From contig JAHFJM010000002.1 in NCBI GenBank assembly GCA_023245935.1, positions 33,135-97,134 on the forward strand: DNA of 64,000 nucleotides, written 5' to 3'. A model generated the notes under the pieces. That model saw only the letters and a list, made by a program, of their open reading frames with translations, had not been told where the DNA came from and did not search any database. Origin of the DNA: Candidatus Peribacteria bacterium. GTDB taxonomy: Bacteria; Patescibacteriota; Gracilibacteria; Peribacterales; Peribacteraceae. Of the stretch, positions 1 through 8,401 are shown piece after piece. The first letter of the stretch is position 1, and each line of letters starts with the position of its first letter. The position numbers were made by a program, and so were the translations under genes.

Positions 1-1442
1 CCGTCAAATGCGAAACAACGATACGTACCACCGGAGGTCTCTGCCTTCAGCTTCTCAACGGTCTCCTTCGTTCCGTCCCACGCAACGAGCGCCCACATCC
101 CCTCCTCCAGTGCCGTCTTCAGTGCTGCGAAGTCTTTGGGCTCCGCAATGTTCTTGTTTCTTTTCTCAAGTGCTCTCGCAAAGAGTGTCTCCTGATCCTT
201 CTTCAGCATGTCGGTGACTGCTTGCGGAGTCTTCGAGAGAGAACACTTCACGGCTTCATCGCGCGTTCTGATACGGCTCTTGATCATGCAGGAATTCTCC
301 GCGAGATCCCTGGCACCGAGCTCGATTCTGATCGGCGTTCCCATGCGTATCTGATGGAACGTCTTGTCCCCGAGGCGTGTCTCGCGCGCATCGATGCGAA
401 CGGTGCACTCGCCCGAAGTTTCTTCGAAACCATTCGCCCTGCCGTGCACCGGATAGATCGTTGTGGACTTGCTGATGGAAACCGCAAGATCCCTCGCAGC
501 CTTCAGAACTTTCTCGTTCTCGGCTGCATCCGATCCAAAAATCGGAAGAATCGTACACTGCACGGGTGCGACATTCGGGGGAAGAACGATGCCATCGTCA
601 TCACCGTGCGTCATGAAGAGCGCGCCAAGCAGGCGCGTGGATGCTCCCCAGGAATCGTAGTACGGAACGGTTTGTTCTTCCTTTTCATTCAGGAAGCTAA
701 CCATCGGCTTGCCGTCCGCACCGAGCAAGAAATTCTGCGACAGCATGTGACTGGTACCCATCTGCAATGCCTTCCCATCCTGCATCATGCCCTCAATCGT
801 GAACGTACCGGTCGCTCCCGGAAAACGCTCGTGCTCGGCTTTCTCACCTTTGATGACGGGAATCGCCAAAAAATTCTCCGAAAGATCGGCGTAGAGATCG
901 AGAATCTTCAGGGTGAATTCCCTGCATTGATCCTGCGTTGGAAAAAGGCAATGACCCTCCTGCCAATGAAACTCCGTTGTCCGCAGAAATGCTCTCGGAC
1001 GCTTCTCCCAACGCATGACGGAACACCACTGATTCACAAGAAGCGGGAGATCCCGGTGACTCTGCACTCGTCCGCTCCTCGTATACCAATCGACGAAGAG
1101 CAGTTCCGATGTGGGTCGTATGAAGTACGGTTCCGGAAGTTTCGTCCCGCCGGCATGCGTCACGACAGCAACCTCAGGAGCAAACCCCTCCACGTGCTCT
1201 TTTTCTCTCTGGAAGAAGCTCTCGGGAATAAGAGTCGGGAGCATGATGTTCTCGACTCCAAGCTCACGGAGACGGGAGTCCATGTATTGCTTGATATTCG
1301 CCCACAACTTCGTCGCAAGCGAACCAAACGTAATGCAACCCGTCACCGGAGATTCATCGTACAAATCAGGCGCGTGAGCAATGATATCCTGATACCACTG
1401 GGGAAAATTCTGAGCGCGGGGAGTGATGAGTTGCTTCGCCAT
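1..1442 (-). CDS. proS: prolyl-tRNA synthetase (archaeal/eukaryote-like class II type); the 3' end runs off the window
   Basis: Absent from the ORF track because no stop codon lies inside the window. My own translation of the minus strand from the ATG (complement of 1440-1442) reads MAKQLITPRAQNFPQWYQDII...IRPTSELLF...LRTTEFHWQEGH...GTSHMLSQNF and stays open to position 1. The 512-aa plus-strand ORF 222..1760 is its antisense shadow. Confidence 0.85.
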   Translation of the reverse strand, partial: MAKQLITPRAQNFPQWYQDIIAHAPDLYDESPVTGCITFGSLATKLWANIKQYMDSRLRELGVENIMLPTLIPESFFQREKEHVEGFAPEVAVVTHAGGTKLPEPYFIRPTSELLFVDWYTRSGRVQSHRDLPLLVNQWCSVMRWEKRPRAFLRTTEFHWQEGHCLFPTQDQCREFTLKILDLYADLSENFLAIPVIKGEKAEHERFPGATGTFTIEGMMQDGKALQMGTSHMLSQNFLLGADGKPMVSFLNEKEEQTVPYYDSWGASTRLLGALFMTHGDDDGIVLPPNVAPVQCTILPIFGSDAAENEKVLKAARDLAVSISKSTTIYPVHGRANGFEETSGECTVRIDARETRLGDKTFHQIRMGTPIRIELGARDLAENSCMIKSRIRTRDEAVKCSLSKTPQAVTDMLKKDQETLFARALEKRNKNIAEPKDFAALKTALEEGMWALVAWDGTKETVEKLKAETSGGTYRCFAFD

Positions 1443-1518
1443 GCGCACAGGATAGAGGCTATCGCAAAATATTTCACCTCTGAAAGAATAGAGTCGCTTC
1501 ACTCGTCTCTACCCGTGC

Positions 1519-1524
1519 TACAAT
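1519..1524 (+). promoter_or_regulatory. -10-like TACAAT, 7 nt upstream of the ATG at 1532 (leaderless-type arrangement)
   Basis: The sequence reads gtgcTACAATcgagtctATG. No purine-rich SD lies in between. Confidence 0.4.
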
Positions 1525-1531
1525 CGAGTCT

Positions 1532-2488
1532 ATGCAAAAAATCATTCCCCATCTCTGGTTCGACAAAGAGGCGAAAGAAGCAGCGGAGTTCTATGCGTCT
1601 GCGTTTGGCAGCGGCTCCAAGGTCACGAATGTCGCGACACTGCGTGATACGCCGTCCGGTGACTGCGACATCGTGTCATTCAATCTGCACGGCTACGAGT
1701 TCATGGCGATCAGTGGTGGACCGCTCTTCAAAATCAATCCGTCAGTGTCATTCATGCTGAACTTCGACCCGTCGAAGGACAAGGATGCGGAGAAGAATCT
1801 CGATGCCTTGTGGAAAAAACTTTCGGATGGAGGCACACCTCTCATGCCACTGAGCGCCTACCCCTTCAGCAAGCGCTATGGCTGGATTCAGGACAAGTAC
1901 GGCGTGAATTGGCAGCTGATACTCACCAATCCCGATGGCGAACCGCGTCCGTTCATCATGCCGTCACTCATGTTCACCGGCGATATCACGGGGAAAGCCG
2001 ACGAAGCCATCGATTTCTACGTGTCGGTATTCAAGAACTCCCCTTCGACCCATTCGATTATCTCAGGGCAGGCAATCTCAGGGCAGGCAAGACGCGGGAT
2101 GACCGCGACGTACCCGGAAGGCGCTGCGCCGGAAAAGGCCGCCAAAATCATGTTCGCCGAATTCATGTTGGAGCATCAGTGGTTCACGGCTATGGACAGC
2201 GGTCACATGCATACGTTCGGTTTCAGCGAAGCCATTTCGCTCCTCGTGCGCTGCAAGGATCAGAAGGAAATCGACTATTACTCGAACAAGCTCTCCGCTG
2301 TTCCCGAGGCCGAGCAGTGCGGATGGCTGAAGGACAAATACGGTCTTTCATGGCAGATCGTACCAAAGGATATGGATGAGATGATGAAGAGCGGTGATGA
2401 AGAAAAGATTGCCCGCATCATGCAAGCGCTCCTGCCGATGAAGAAGCTCGACCTCGCGATCTTGAAGAAGGCGTATGAGGGAAAGTGA
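1532..2488 (+). CDS. VOC/glyoxalase-superfamily protein with two tandem PhnB / 3-demethylubiquinone-9 3-methyltransferase-like domains
   Basis: The N-terminus MQKIIPHLWFDKEAKEAAEFYASAFG and the internal repeat IMPSLMFTGDITGKADEAIDFYVSVF are typical of the PF06983-type fold, present twice. Confidence 0.75.
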   Translation: MQKIIPHLWFDKEAKEAAEFYASAFGSGSKVTNVATLRDTPSGDCDIVSFNLHGYEFMAISGGPLFKINPSVSFMLNFDPSKDKDAEKNLDALWKKLSDGGTPLMPLSAYPFSKRYGWIQDKYGVNWQLILTNPDGEPRPFIMPSLMFTGDITGKADEAIDFYVSVFKNSPSTHSIISGQAISGQARRGMTATYPEGAAPEKAAKIMFAEFMLEHQWFTAMDSGHMHTFGFSEAISLLVRCKDQKEIDYYSNKLSAVPEAEQCGWLKDKYGLSWQIVPKDMDEMMKSGDEEKIARIMQALLPMKKLDLAILKKAYEGK

Positions 2489-2591
2489 GTGAAGTGAAGG
2501 TGACGCGACGCACTTCCTGCAGTACAAAGATCCGAATCAAACTCCTATTTGATGCTCCTGTAAGAGTCGCTGTCTTAGCTCGTCTTCCCCC

Positions 2592-2616
2592 GAGAACGCG
2601 TTCTCTTTTATTTTAT
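2592..2616 (+). terminator. candidate intrinsic terminator after the VOC gene
   Basis: The palindrome GAGAACGCGTTCTC is followed by TTTTATTTTAT. Confidence 0.4.
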
Positions 2617-2635
2617 CTCCTTTCCCCTCATTTTT

Positions 2636-2803
2636 ATGAATACTGCTCTCGTTTTGACAGTTGCCGGGGCGGAAGGAACCGTGAAAGCCAGCGACGATGG
2701 CTCCAGCACCCAGACATCTACGGACATCGAGAGGAATGCCGATGCCGATGATGACGCGGGCGCTCATGCGCAAGCAGATGCCGCTGTCGGTATTTCCTTC
2801 TGA
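2636..2803 (+). CDS. possible small acidic protein (55 aa), hypothetical
   Basis: Below the ORF-track length cut-off. ATG-to-TGA reads MNTALVLTVAGAEGTVKASDDGSS...AVGISF. It is preceded by the same C/T-rich leader (tctcctttcccctcattttt) seen before many genes here. No homology recognised. Confidence 0.25.
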   Translation: MNTALVLTVAGAEGTVKASDDGSSTQTSTDIERNADADDDAGAHAQADAAVGISF

Positions 2804-2830
2804 AATCGATGACATCAGGAATATGCTGAA

Positions 2831-2852
2831 AGAGCGACCCAAGGGTCGCTCT
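2831..2852. terminator. perfect hairpin AGAGCGACCC-AA-GGGTCGCTCT; possible bidirectional terminator
   Basis: A 10-nt inverted repeat lies between the small plus-strand ORF and the end of the minus-strand RNHCP gene. Confidence 0.4.
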
Positions 2853-2871
2853 TTGGCAGAATCGAGAAAAG

Positions 2872-2890
2872 TGGCTCCCCCCGACTGGAT
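2872..2890 (-). repeat. partial direct copy of the tRNA-Asn 3' end (att-like site)
   Basis: tggctccccccgactggat matches tggctcccccgactggat at 7641-7658, which is the 3' end of the tRNA-Asn gene. The orientation is the same, with one extra C. Confidence 0.6.
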
Positions 2891-2894
2891 GTTT

Positions 2895-3242
2895 TCAGAA
2901 CTGCGGAAAATCTGTCAGGGACTTCGACAAAGCAACTTGTGCTGCCACACCTCCATTTTGTGAAACTTCTTCAAGTGCTGTTGAATGATCATCCCGAGCG
3001 ACCTTATTCCAACGGCGGTGCCCACATGAACATTGATGTAGAATTTTCCAGACTCTTCCTCTCGTATCAAGAGCAATGGGAGTCATTATTCCATGGCAGT
3101 TTTCAGATCTGTCTCCTGGTGTTTTTCCATCGACATGCATTGAACACAAACAATTTGTGCAATGATTTCTTGTTCCTGAATCAAGCGGTTCAACATGAAT
3201 TCCGCAATTGCCACAATCAAATTCTTCTCGAACGGCTTGCAT
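2895..3242 (-). CDS. RNHCP domain-containing protein (Zn-ribbon-like)
   Basis: Contains the literal motif GTRNHCTNCLCSMH plus further Cys/His pairs (CGNCG, CSCGH). Confidence 0.7.
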   Translation of the reverse strand: MQAVREEFDCGNCGIHVEPLDSGTRNHCTNCLCSMHVDGKTPGDRSENCHGIMTPIALDTRGRVWKILHQCSCGHRRWNKVARDDHSTALEEVSQNGGVAAQVALSKSLTDFPQF

Positions 3243-3278
3243 GAATATATTATAATACTTTTATACAATTAAGTCTAT

Positions 3279-3315
3279 TGGCTCCCCGACGTGGCTCCTT
3301 CTAGAACTGGGGAAC
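3279..3315 (-). pseudogene. possible decayed tRNA-Asn remnant (3'-end-like and 5'-end-like pieces, with the interior missing)
   Basis: tggctccccgac resembles the tRNA 3' end and ctggggaac resembles the complement of the tRNA 5' end (caggggaac at 7709-7717). About 16 nt of unrelated sequence lies between them. Confidence 0.3.
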
Positions 3316-3378
3316 ATCTACCATATGCTTAAAGGATTGGATTTCACGAAGCTTACTCTTGGAGGGCAAGCGGTATGA

Positions 3379-4812
3379 TTACTGCATGGTGTACAAGAAT
3401 CCTGCTATCAAAAATAACCCTGCTGCAATACCCGCAGAGACAAAATTATAAGGGCTGGCATATCGTATGTATTTCATATGATCGGCATCGAAAACGTTCG
3501 ACGACATGTTCGCCATGCCCGCGATAGGTGAAGTGGTATCCCCAAACGTTCCTCCTGTGATGACCGCTGCAACACAGAGCGGGATGCCGATCCCAGAAGT
3601 GACAGCCAGGGAAACAGCAAAAGGCATCATGATGGAAGCCGTGGCCCAACCTTCACCAATAAAATACGTGACAGCAGAAGAGACGAGGAACAGGGACACG
3701 GGGATGCTCCACATGGGTAGTGAGTTTCCCAGTTGCTGCTGAATGAACGTACTTAAGCCTAACTCTTGCGTAACATCCCCCAGAGCCCATGCCACGATGA
3801 GAATAGCCAGTAAGCGCATCAGGTCATTTCCTCCCGCAATTAAATCTGCCGTCATCGTATCCAAAGGATACTTCTGGAAAAAATACAAAAGCCCGCTCAG
3901 AAAAATGGAAATACACAAAGCCACCAGCATTGCCATGTTCGGGTCGGTAGCGGAGATGATGGATGAAATTGTGCCATCCCATCCCGCTCTTCCGAAGTAC
4001 CAGTAAAAGAAGAAGCTGAGAAAAACGACAACGATCATGGGAAAGACGAGGTTCAGTATGCGTGGTTGTATCTCAGGTTTCACATCTCCCATGTCCATCG
4101 TCATGCTTCCAGCAGATGGGTGGTGCATGTGCTGCTCTTGCCTTTCTACAGAAGGTTTTTTCCATTGGAAATAGATGGATAAGAATGTAACGAGTAGAAC
4201 GACGCTACTGAAAAACTCGAATGGGATTGCATGAAGCAAGGTGCTGTACGCCGAATGTTTCTCGGCAACTCCTGCTACTTTTAATGCCTGACCGATATTG
4301 GCGATGTTGAATCCTACGAATGTGGTAGCAATGGGAATAAGTTCAACAATAGGGCTGGCAGTATTGTTGATCATAAATGCCAGACGCTCTTTCGATACAT
4401 TATTTTTTTCTCCAAGCGAACGAACAATTGAACCTGTGCCGTAAATCCGAAAGTCGCAATCGAGAAAGGTGACGGGAATCAGCGCCCACAACATGTAAAA
4501 GACTCCTCTTTCGCTGTGAATATATGCAGTAATCCAATCTGAAAATGCTTTGATGCCCCCGGACTTTTTTATCAGAGCTATGAACCCACTGAACAAATAC
4601 AAAAATACCAGTACTTGCAGGTTATCTCTGTCGGATAACGTTTTGATGATGTTTTCAATCGCCGTTTGTGTCCCTCCTACAATTGAAGGATTCAGGAGAT
4701 AACTGCCGACGAGTAAGCCGAGAAGAAGTGAAGGCAAAACCTTCTTCGACCAGATCACGACAGCAATCGTGAGGAGCGGCGGCAGGACTGAAAGCCAGCT
4801 TACTGTATTCAT
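3379..4812 (-). CDS. nhaC: Na+/H+ antiporter, NhaC family
   Basis: A polytopic membrane protein whose overall NhaC-family-like sequence I recognise by eye. The start was moved to MNTVSWLSVLPPLL (ATG at 4812), so it abuts rather than overlaps the upstream ORF. The gene is visibly AT-richer than the core genes. Confidence 0.7.
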   Translation of the reverse strand: MNTVSWLSVLPPLLTIAVVIWSKKVLPSLLLGLLVGSYLLNPSIVGGTQTAIENIIKTLSDRDNLQVLVFLYLFSGFIALIKKSGGIKAFSDWITAYIHSERGVFYMLWALIPVTFLDCDFRIYGTGSIVRSLGEKNNVSKERLAFMINNTASPIVELIPIATTFVGFNIANIGQALKVAGVAEKHSAYSTLLHAIPFEFFSSVVLLVTFLSIYFQWKKPSVERQEQHMHHPSAGSMTMDMGDVKPEIQPRILNLVFPMIVVVFLSFFFYWYFGRAGWDGTISSIISATDPNMAMLVALCISIFLSGLLYFFQKYPLDTMTADLIAGGNDLMRLLAILIVAWALGDVTQELGLSTFIQQQLGNSLPMWSIPVSLFLVSSAVTYFIGEGWATASIMMPFAVSLAVTSGIGIPLCVAAVITGGTFGDTTSPIAGMANMSSNVFDADHMKYIRYASPYNFVSAGIAAGLFLIAGFLYTMQ

Positions 4813-4844
4813 GGGGATGTAGGAGGGAGATGCATAGAATGTAC

Positions 4845-5135
4845 TTAATTTTTTTGGCAATGGTTCAGGCAGAGCGAGAGAGTTCCGCCAAACAGGAAGC
4901 CCCAGACGTAACTGATCACTGTGCCGAGCAAGAGCGTCAGCCAGTTCATGCCTGCACCACTCCAGCCGAAGATGAAGGAATGCAGTAGAGTGTTATGGAG
5001 ATCCCTTAGTGTCGGATCAGCCTGCAGGAAGAGATAGCCATAGAGCATGCAGAGAACGAATATGACGGCAAACGTTCGACTGAAGCCGTGGGCCCACTGG
5101 AGGGGTGGGTATGGGGTGAATCGAATCATGGACAT
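4845..5135 (-). CDS. small integral membrane protein, hypothetical
   Basis: 96 aa with about 3 hydrophobic helices. Tightly packed in the same strand run as the DUF2933 and multicopper oxidase genes. Confidence 0.45.
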   Translation of the reverse strand: MSMIRFTPYPPLQWAHGFSRTFAVIFVLCMLYGYLFLQADPTLRDLHNTLLHSFIFGWSGAGMNWLTLLLGTVISYVWGFLFGGTLSLCLNHCQKN

Positions 5136-5162
5136 AAAAGAGAGGAGGAAGGAAATGAGAAG

Positions 5163-5351
5163 TTATTTATCTTCGTGTTTATGTGAATGGTCATGCCCTC
5201 CATGACCATGGAATAAGTGCATGAGCGGACACGCGAGAATGAAGATAAATGGCGCGTACGTGAGTACGTGTTGCCAGTGCCAGATGAGAGCGCCGACCAT
5301 CACGATGGCGAAGATGTAGTAGAGCCAGTGAGGGATGCAAAAGTGCTTCAT
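5163..5351 (-). CDS. DUF2933-like small membrane protein with a His-rich tail
   Basis: ACPLMHLFHGHGGHDHSHKHEDK matches the CPLMH...GHGGH signature of DUF2933 proteins, which commonly sit next to copper-resistance genes. Confidence 0.65.
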   Translation of the reverse strand: MKHFCIPHWLYYIFAIVMVGALIWHWQHVLTYAPFIFILACPLMHLFHGHGGHDHSHKHEDK

Positions 5352-5364
5352 GGTAGAAAAGGGG

Positions 5365-6957
5365 TTATTGAACGGTAAATAGACCCATCATGCCACCTTC
5401 AAGATGCTCCGCGATGTGACAGTGGAACATCCAGTCGCCGGGGTTACTCGCTTCAAGGAGGATGTCGACTGTGTGACCCGTGGGAATTAATGCCGAGTCC
5501 TTCCATACAAGATTCGTATTTGCCGTGCCGTTGTCGCTTAAGACAAGAAAACGATTCCCATGGAAATGAATCGGGTGTGACATCTGATGATCGGTATCTG
5601 TGTCATTCACGATGCGGATCTTCACCTTGTCACCAAGCTTAAAGTTGTAATGAATCTGATCATTCACGGCTTTCGTTGCCTCATCGATCATCTTCCACTG
5701 CGTATTCGACTTGTTGGACTGAGCGTTCATCATTTCCATGGAATCCTCCCACTCGATGCCGTCAGATCCAGTCATATCCATTCCGTGCATCATCTGGTGC
5801 ATTGCCGGAATAGTGGAAACGAGGTGAAGCGTCTCGTCTGGAACTTTATCGAACGATGAACGGAACGAATCGATATCCGCAATCACATCGACATTAGTTC
5901 GCAGTTGCTGAAACTCTGTGGCATAGGACGGCGATGCTTTTGCCGCTCCTACCGTCACGCTGCCGAGTTCCGTTGTGCCTGCAGGTGTCGTTGATGCGAA
6001 CGTGGAGACACCCGACGTGGCAAAAAGCACATCGACGGTCGTTCGTTCTGACGGACCGATAATCACGCTATCCACGAACTGCTCGTGCTCATAGCGACCG
6101 TTGTCGCCTCCGACGAGCTTCATCTTCGCGTTGGAGAACGTCAGTTTCAATGGTCGTGCATTGGCCACATTCACAAAGTTGAAGCGCACGACTGACCCTT
6201 GTGGGAAGTTCGCCTCATAACTCGTAGCACCATTGATGAACGGCGTATTGCCGAATCGACCCATCAGAACGTGATCGGCTTTCTCCTGTCCGAACGGCAC
6301 AACCCCATCAGACCCCATAAGCAGATCATTGAGGAGAACCGTTTCTGTGGCATTCACTGGAGCATAAGCATCGGTCTTGGTTGGGCTGACGAGGATGCTG
6401 CCATAGAGACCCATATTTTGTTCCACGTCCTCGCGTACATGCGTGTGATACCAAAACACACCCTCATCGGGGACACGTAGTGTGTAATCAGTACTGCCGC
6501 CAGGCTCCACTGCGGGGTGCTCGTCAGTGGGCACGCCATCGGAAGCACTGTCGAGGCGTAGGCCGTGCCAGTGAACAGTGGTGGGCAAATCAATGTTATT
6601 CACAAAATGGACGTGGAAACTCGTTCCCTGCTTTGCCTCGATACTCGGTCCAGGCACCTCGCCATTGTAGGCGTACATGACGACCGTATGTCCGTTGACC
6701 GTTGTACGAACGAGCCCTGCTGTAAGGGTGATTGTTTGTCCATCGGTCACAGAAAGGGCTTCAGAAGCTTTCGCTGCGGGCAATGTGGATGGGTCTACCT
6801 GCGCTCCGGGCAGGAACGTTGCTGACGCATCGCCTTGCACTCCTCCCCCATTCATCATACCTCCTCCATTCATCATGCCCCCTCCCTGTTGCGGTGCAAC
6901 GGAGTTCGCACAGCCAGCAAGCAGCAGAGCGGCGCACAAGAATAGTTTGTTGTTCAT
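5365..6957 (-). CDS. multicopper oxidase lipoprotein (CopA/CueO-like)
   Basis: Lipobox LLLAGC, Met/Gly-rich GGGMMNGGGMMNGGG, and copper-site motifs HWHG, HTH, HPIHFHG and HCHIAEHLEGGMMG. Confidence 0.9.
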   Translation of the reverse strand: MNNKLFLCAALLLAGCANSVAPQQGGGMMNGGGMMNGGGVQGDASATFLPGAQVDPSTLPAAKASEALSVTDGQTITLTAGLVRTTVNGHTVVMYAYNGEVPGPSIEAKQGTSFHVHFVNNIDLPTTVHWHGLRLDSASDGVPTDEHPAVEPGGSTDYTLRVPDEGVFWYHTHVREDVEQNMGLYGSILVSPTKTDAYAPVNATETVLLNDLLMGSDGVVPFGQEKADHVLMGRFGNTPFINGATSYEANFPQGSVVRFNFVNVANARPLKLTFSNAKMKLVGGDNGRYEHEQFVDSVIIGPSERTTVDVLFATSGVSTFASTTPAGTTELGSVTVGAAKASPSYATEFQQLRTNVDVIADIDSFRSSFDKVPDETLHLVSTIPAMHQMMHGMDMTGSDGIEWEDSMEMMNAQSNKSNTQWKMIDEATKAVNDQIHYNFKLGDKVKIRIVNDTDTDHQMSHPIHFHGNRFLVLSDNGTANTNLVWKDSALIPTGHTVDILLEASNPGDWMFHCHIAEHLEGGMMGLFTVQ

Positions 6958-7185
6958 AAGAAAGTTGGGAAGTAGACGAGTTACCGCATATTCATATCGA
7001 CATTTTTCATCAACATGCCGTTCGACATCCTATGGTACCCGGGAGGGATAGGCTGATTTGCCTGTTGTTTTTGGGTACAGGCACCAAGAGCTAATGTCAT
7101 TGCTGAAAGAATTGAAATGGAGAGAAGCTTTTTCATCGGGAAAAAAGGAATTACAAATAGGAATTTCTGCTGTGGTTCGTATTTT

Positions 7186-7563
7186 TCACAATCTCAAAAC
7201 AGTCGTTTGTATGTGAGGCGAGATAGGCGGCGCGGCAATCCGAACGTCTTGAGCCGCTGAAAGAACAGCAAGAGATCCAAAAACGCTATTCATTGGTATC
7301 ACTCCAATCGTAAAGACAGGTGCGATGAGGTTATTAGCCTCCGGCTGTGCTGCTTGAGAAATACAGTGACCCCCTGCACACGGGGAACCATGATCATCGC
7401 CATCCTTGTCACAATCTGGGCAGTCATGCGATGAATTCGTGCTGATAGATACGTGAGCCTCTTCTCCATGCAAAACAGGCACTTCTGCATGTGCGGCTGG
7501 CATGATGCAGAAACTTGCGAACAATAAGTGCAGGCCGAAAATTGCAAGTGTGAGCTTCTTCAT
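7186..7563 (-). CDS. secreted Cys/His/Asp-rich protein, hypothetical (possible metal binding)
   Basis: Signal peptide MKKLTLAIFGLHLLFASFCIMPAAHA, followed by HDCPDCDKDGDDHGSPCAGGHC. It is the first gene of the copper-oxidase strand run. Confidence 0.55.
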   Translation of the reverse strand: MKKLTLAIFGLHLLFASFCIMPAAHAEVPVLHGEEAHVSISTNSSHDCPDCDKDGDDHGSPCAGGHCISQAAQPEANNLIAPVFTIGVIPMNSVFGSLAVLSAAQDVRIAAPPISPHIQTTVLRL

Positions 7564-7640
7564 ATGTTTGTTTCAGCTTACTCGCTGACTCAAAAATCGA
7601 CAAAAATCATATATAAAACATTTTATTATAAAATCAAGTG

Positions 7641-7715
7641 TGGCTCCCCCGACTGGATTCGAACCAGTAACCCCCTCGTTAACAGCGAGGTGCTCTACCG
7701 TTGAGCTACAGGGGA
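7641..7715 (-). tRNA. tRNA-Asn (anticodon GTT), with CCA encoded
   Basis: The reverse complement folds as a cloverleaf: acceptor TCCCCTG/CGGGGGA, D arm GCTC-AACGGTA-GAGC, anticodon arm CCTCG-CTGTTAA-CGAGG, T arm ACTGG-TTCGAAT-CCAGT, discriminator G, then CCA. Confidence 0.9.
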
Positions 7716-7848
7716 ACAGAGAACGTATAGGGAACGGAGCGGGCAAAGTATAAAGAAGAATGGACGGGAGTGAAATATGAAACGGTAAGAATCCTCAGCC
7801 TCCTTCGTCTCCATAGACCTTGAGCTCTATCTCTTTTCCCCTTTTTCT

Positions 7849-8325
7849 ATGACAAATTTCACGAAGCTGCTTGCAGCCGGCGTCATTGCCGTTTTTGTTG
7901 CTGTTTTCTCGGTTTCCTACTCGATCAGTACACATCAGGTTCCATCGGCATCCGCAGCACAGTCCGACTATTTCCTGAAGATCGACGGCATTGAGAACGA
8001 GATTGAAATCCAGTCGTTCAGTTGGGGTGTCAATTCCCCTCGTGATGTCGCAACCGGTCAGTCGACCGGCAAGCGTCAGTATCAGCCGATCATCATCCGA
8101 AAGAGAATCGACAAGGCATCCCCGCTTCTCCTGCGCATGGTCGGTCAAGATAAGAAATACATCGGTCATGTGACGATCGTGAAGCGCTCCGCAGACGGCA
8201 CCACAAACGAATACACGGTCGCTTTCACGGATGTGCTTGTGACGTCGTACCAGAATGAAGGCGCACAGGGTTCGTCGCCAATCGAATCCGTCGGGTTCAC
8301 CTTCCAGAAAATAGAAATGAAATAG
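7849..8325 (+). CDS. Hcp-family (type VI secretion tube protein-like) protein with an N-terminal hydrophobic signal/anchor
   Basis: DYFLKIDGIENEIEIQSFSWGV...IIIRKRIDKASPLLLRMVG...VAFTDVLVTSYQ...ESVGFTFQKIEM aligns by eye along P. aeruginosa Hcp1 (DMFIKIGDVKGES..LAWSWGMS..FTKYIDKSTPNLMMA..ITLKEVLVSSV..VTLNFAQVQV). The N-terminus LLAAGVIAVFVAVFSVSYSI is hydrophobic. Confidence 0.7.
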   Translation: MTNFTKLLAAGVIAVFVAVFSVSYSISTHQVPSASAAQSDYFLKIDGIENEIEIQSFSWGVNSPRDVATGQSTGKRQYQPIIIRKRIDKASPLLLRMVGQDKKYIGHVTIVKRSADGTTNEYTVAFTDVLVTSYQNEGAQGSSPIESVGFTFQKIEMK

Positions 8326-8354
8326 TCGCTGCTTCGGCACAGAGTGATTCAAAA

Positions 8355-8375
8355 CACCTCTCACTGCGAGGGGTG
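8355..8375 (+). terminator. hairpin after the Hcp-like gene
   Basis: CACCTCTC-actgc-GAGGGGTG (8 bp including one G-U pair), followed by CTTTGTTG. Confidence 0.4.
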
Positions 8376-8401
8376 CTTTGTTGAAAAGAGCGAAGAAATA
8401 T

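Noticed and set aside
222-1760. 512-aa plus-strand ORF, the longest track entry at the left edge.
   Set aside because: Its composition is Arg/Leu/His-rich and unlike real proteins. The opposite strand encodes an unmistakable prolyl-tRNA synthetase in an open frame from 1442 to the window edge. This ORF is an antisense shadow.
2060-2089. Perfect 15-nt tandem duplication (atctcagggcaggca x2), giving ISGQAISGQA in the VOC-family gene.
   Set aside because: It is an in-frame, small duplication in an inter-domain linker. It is real but of no evident functional significance.
7010-7135. Small minus-strand ORF (41 aa, MKKLLSISILSAMTLALGAVPK...) between the multicopper oxidase and the Cys/His-rich protein. 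An alternative frame ends in a Met-rich tail (MSNGMLMKNVDMNMR).
   Set aside because: It is too short, and the two attractive parts (signal peptide and Met-rich tail) are in different frames. It might be a frameshifted small copper-binding lipoprotein, but I cannot support a call.
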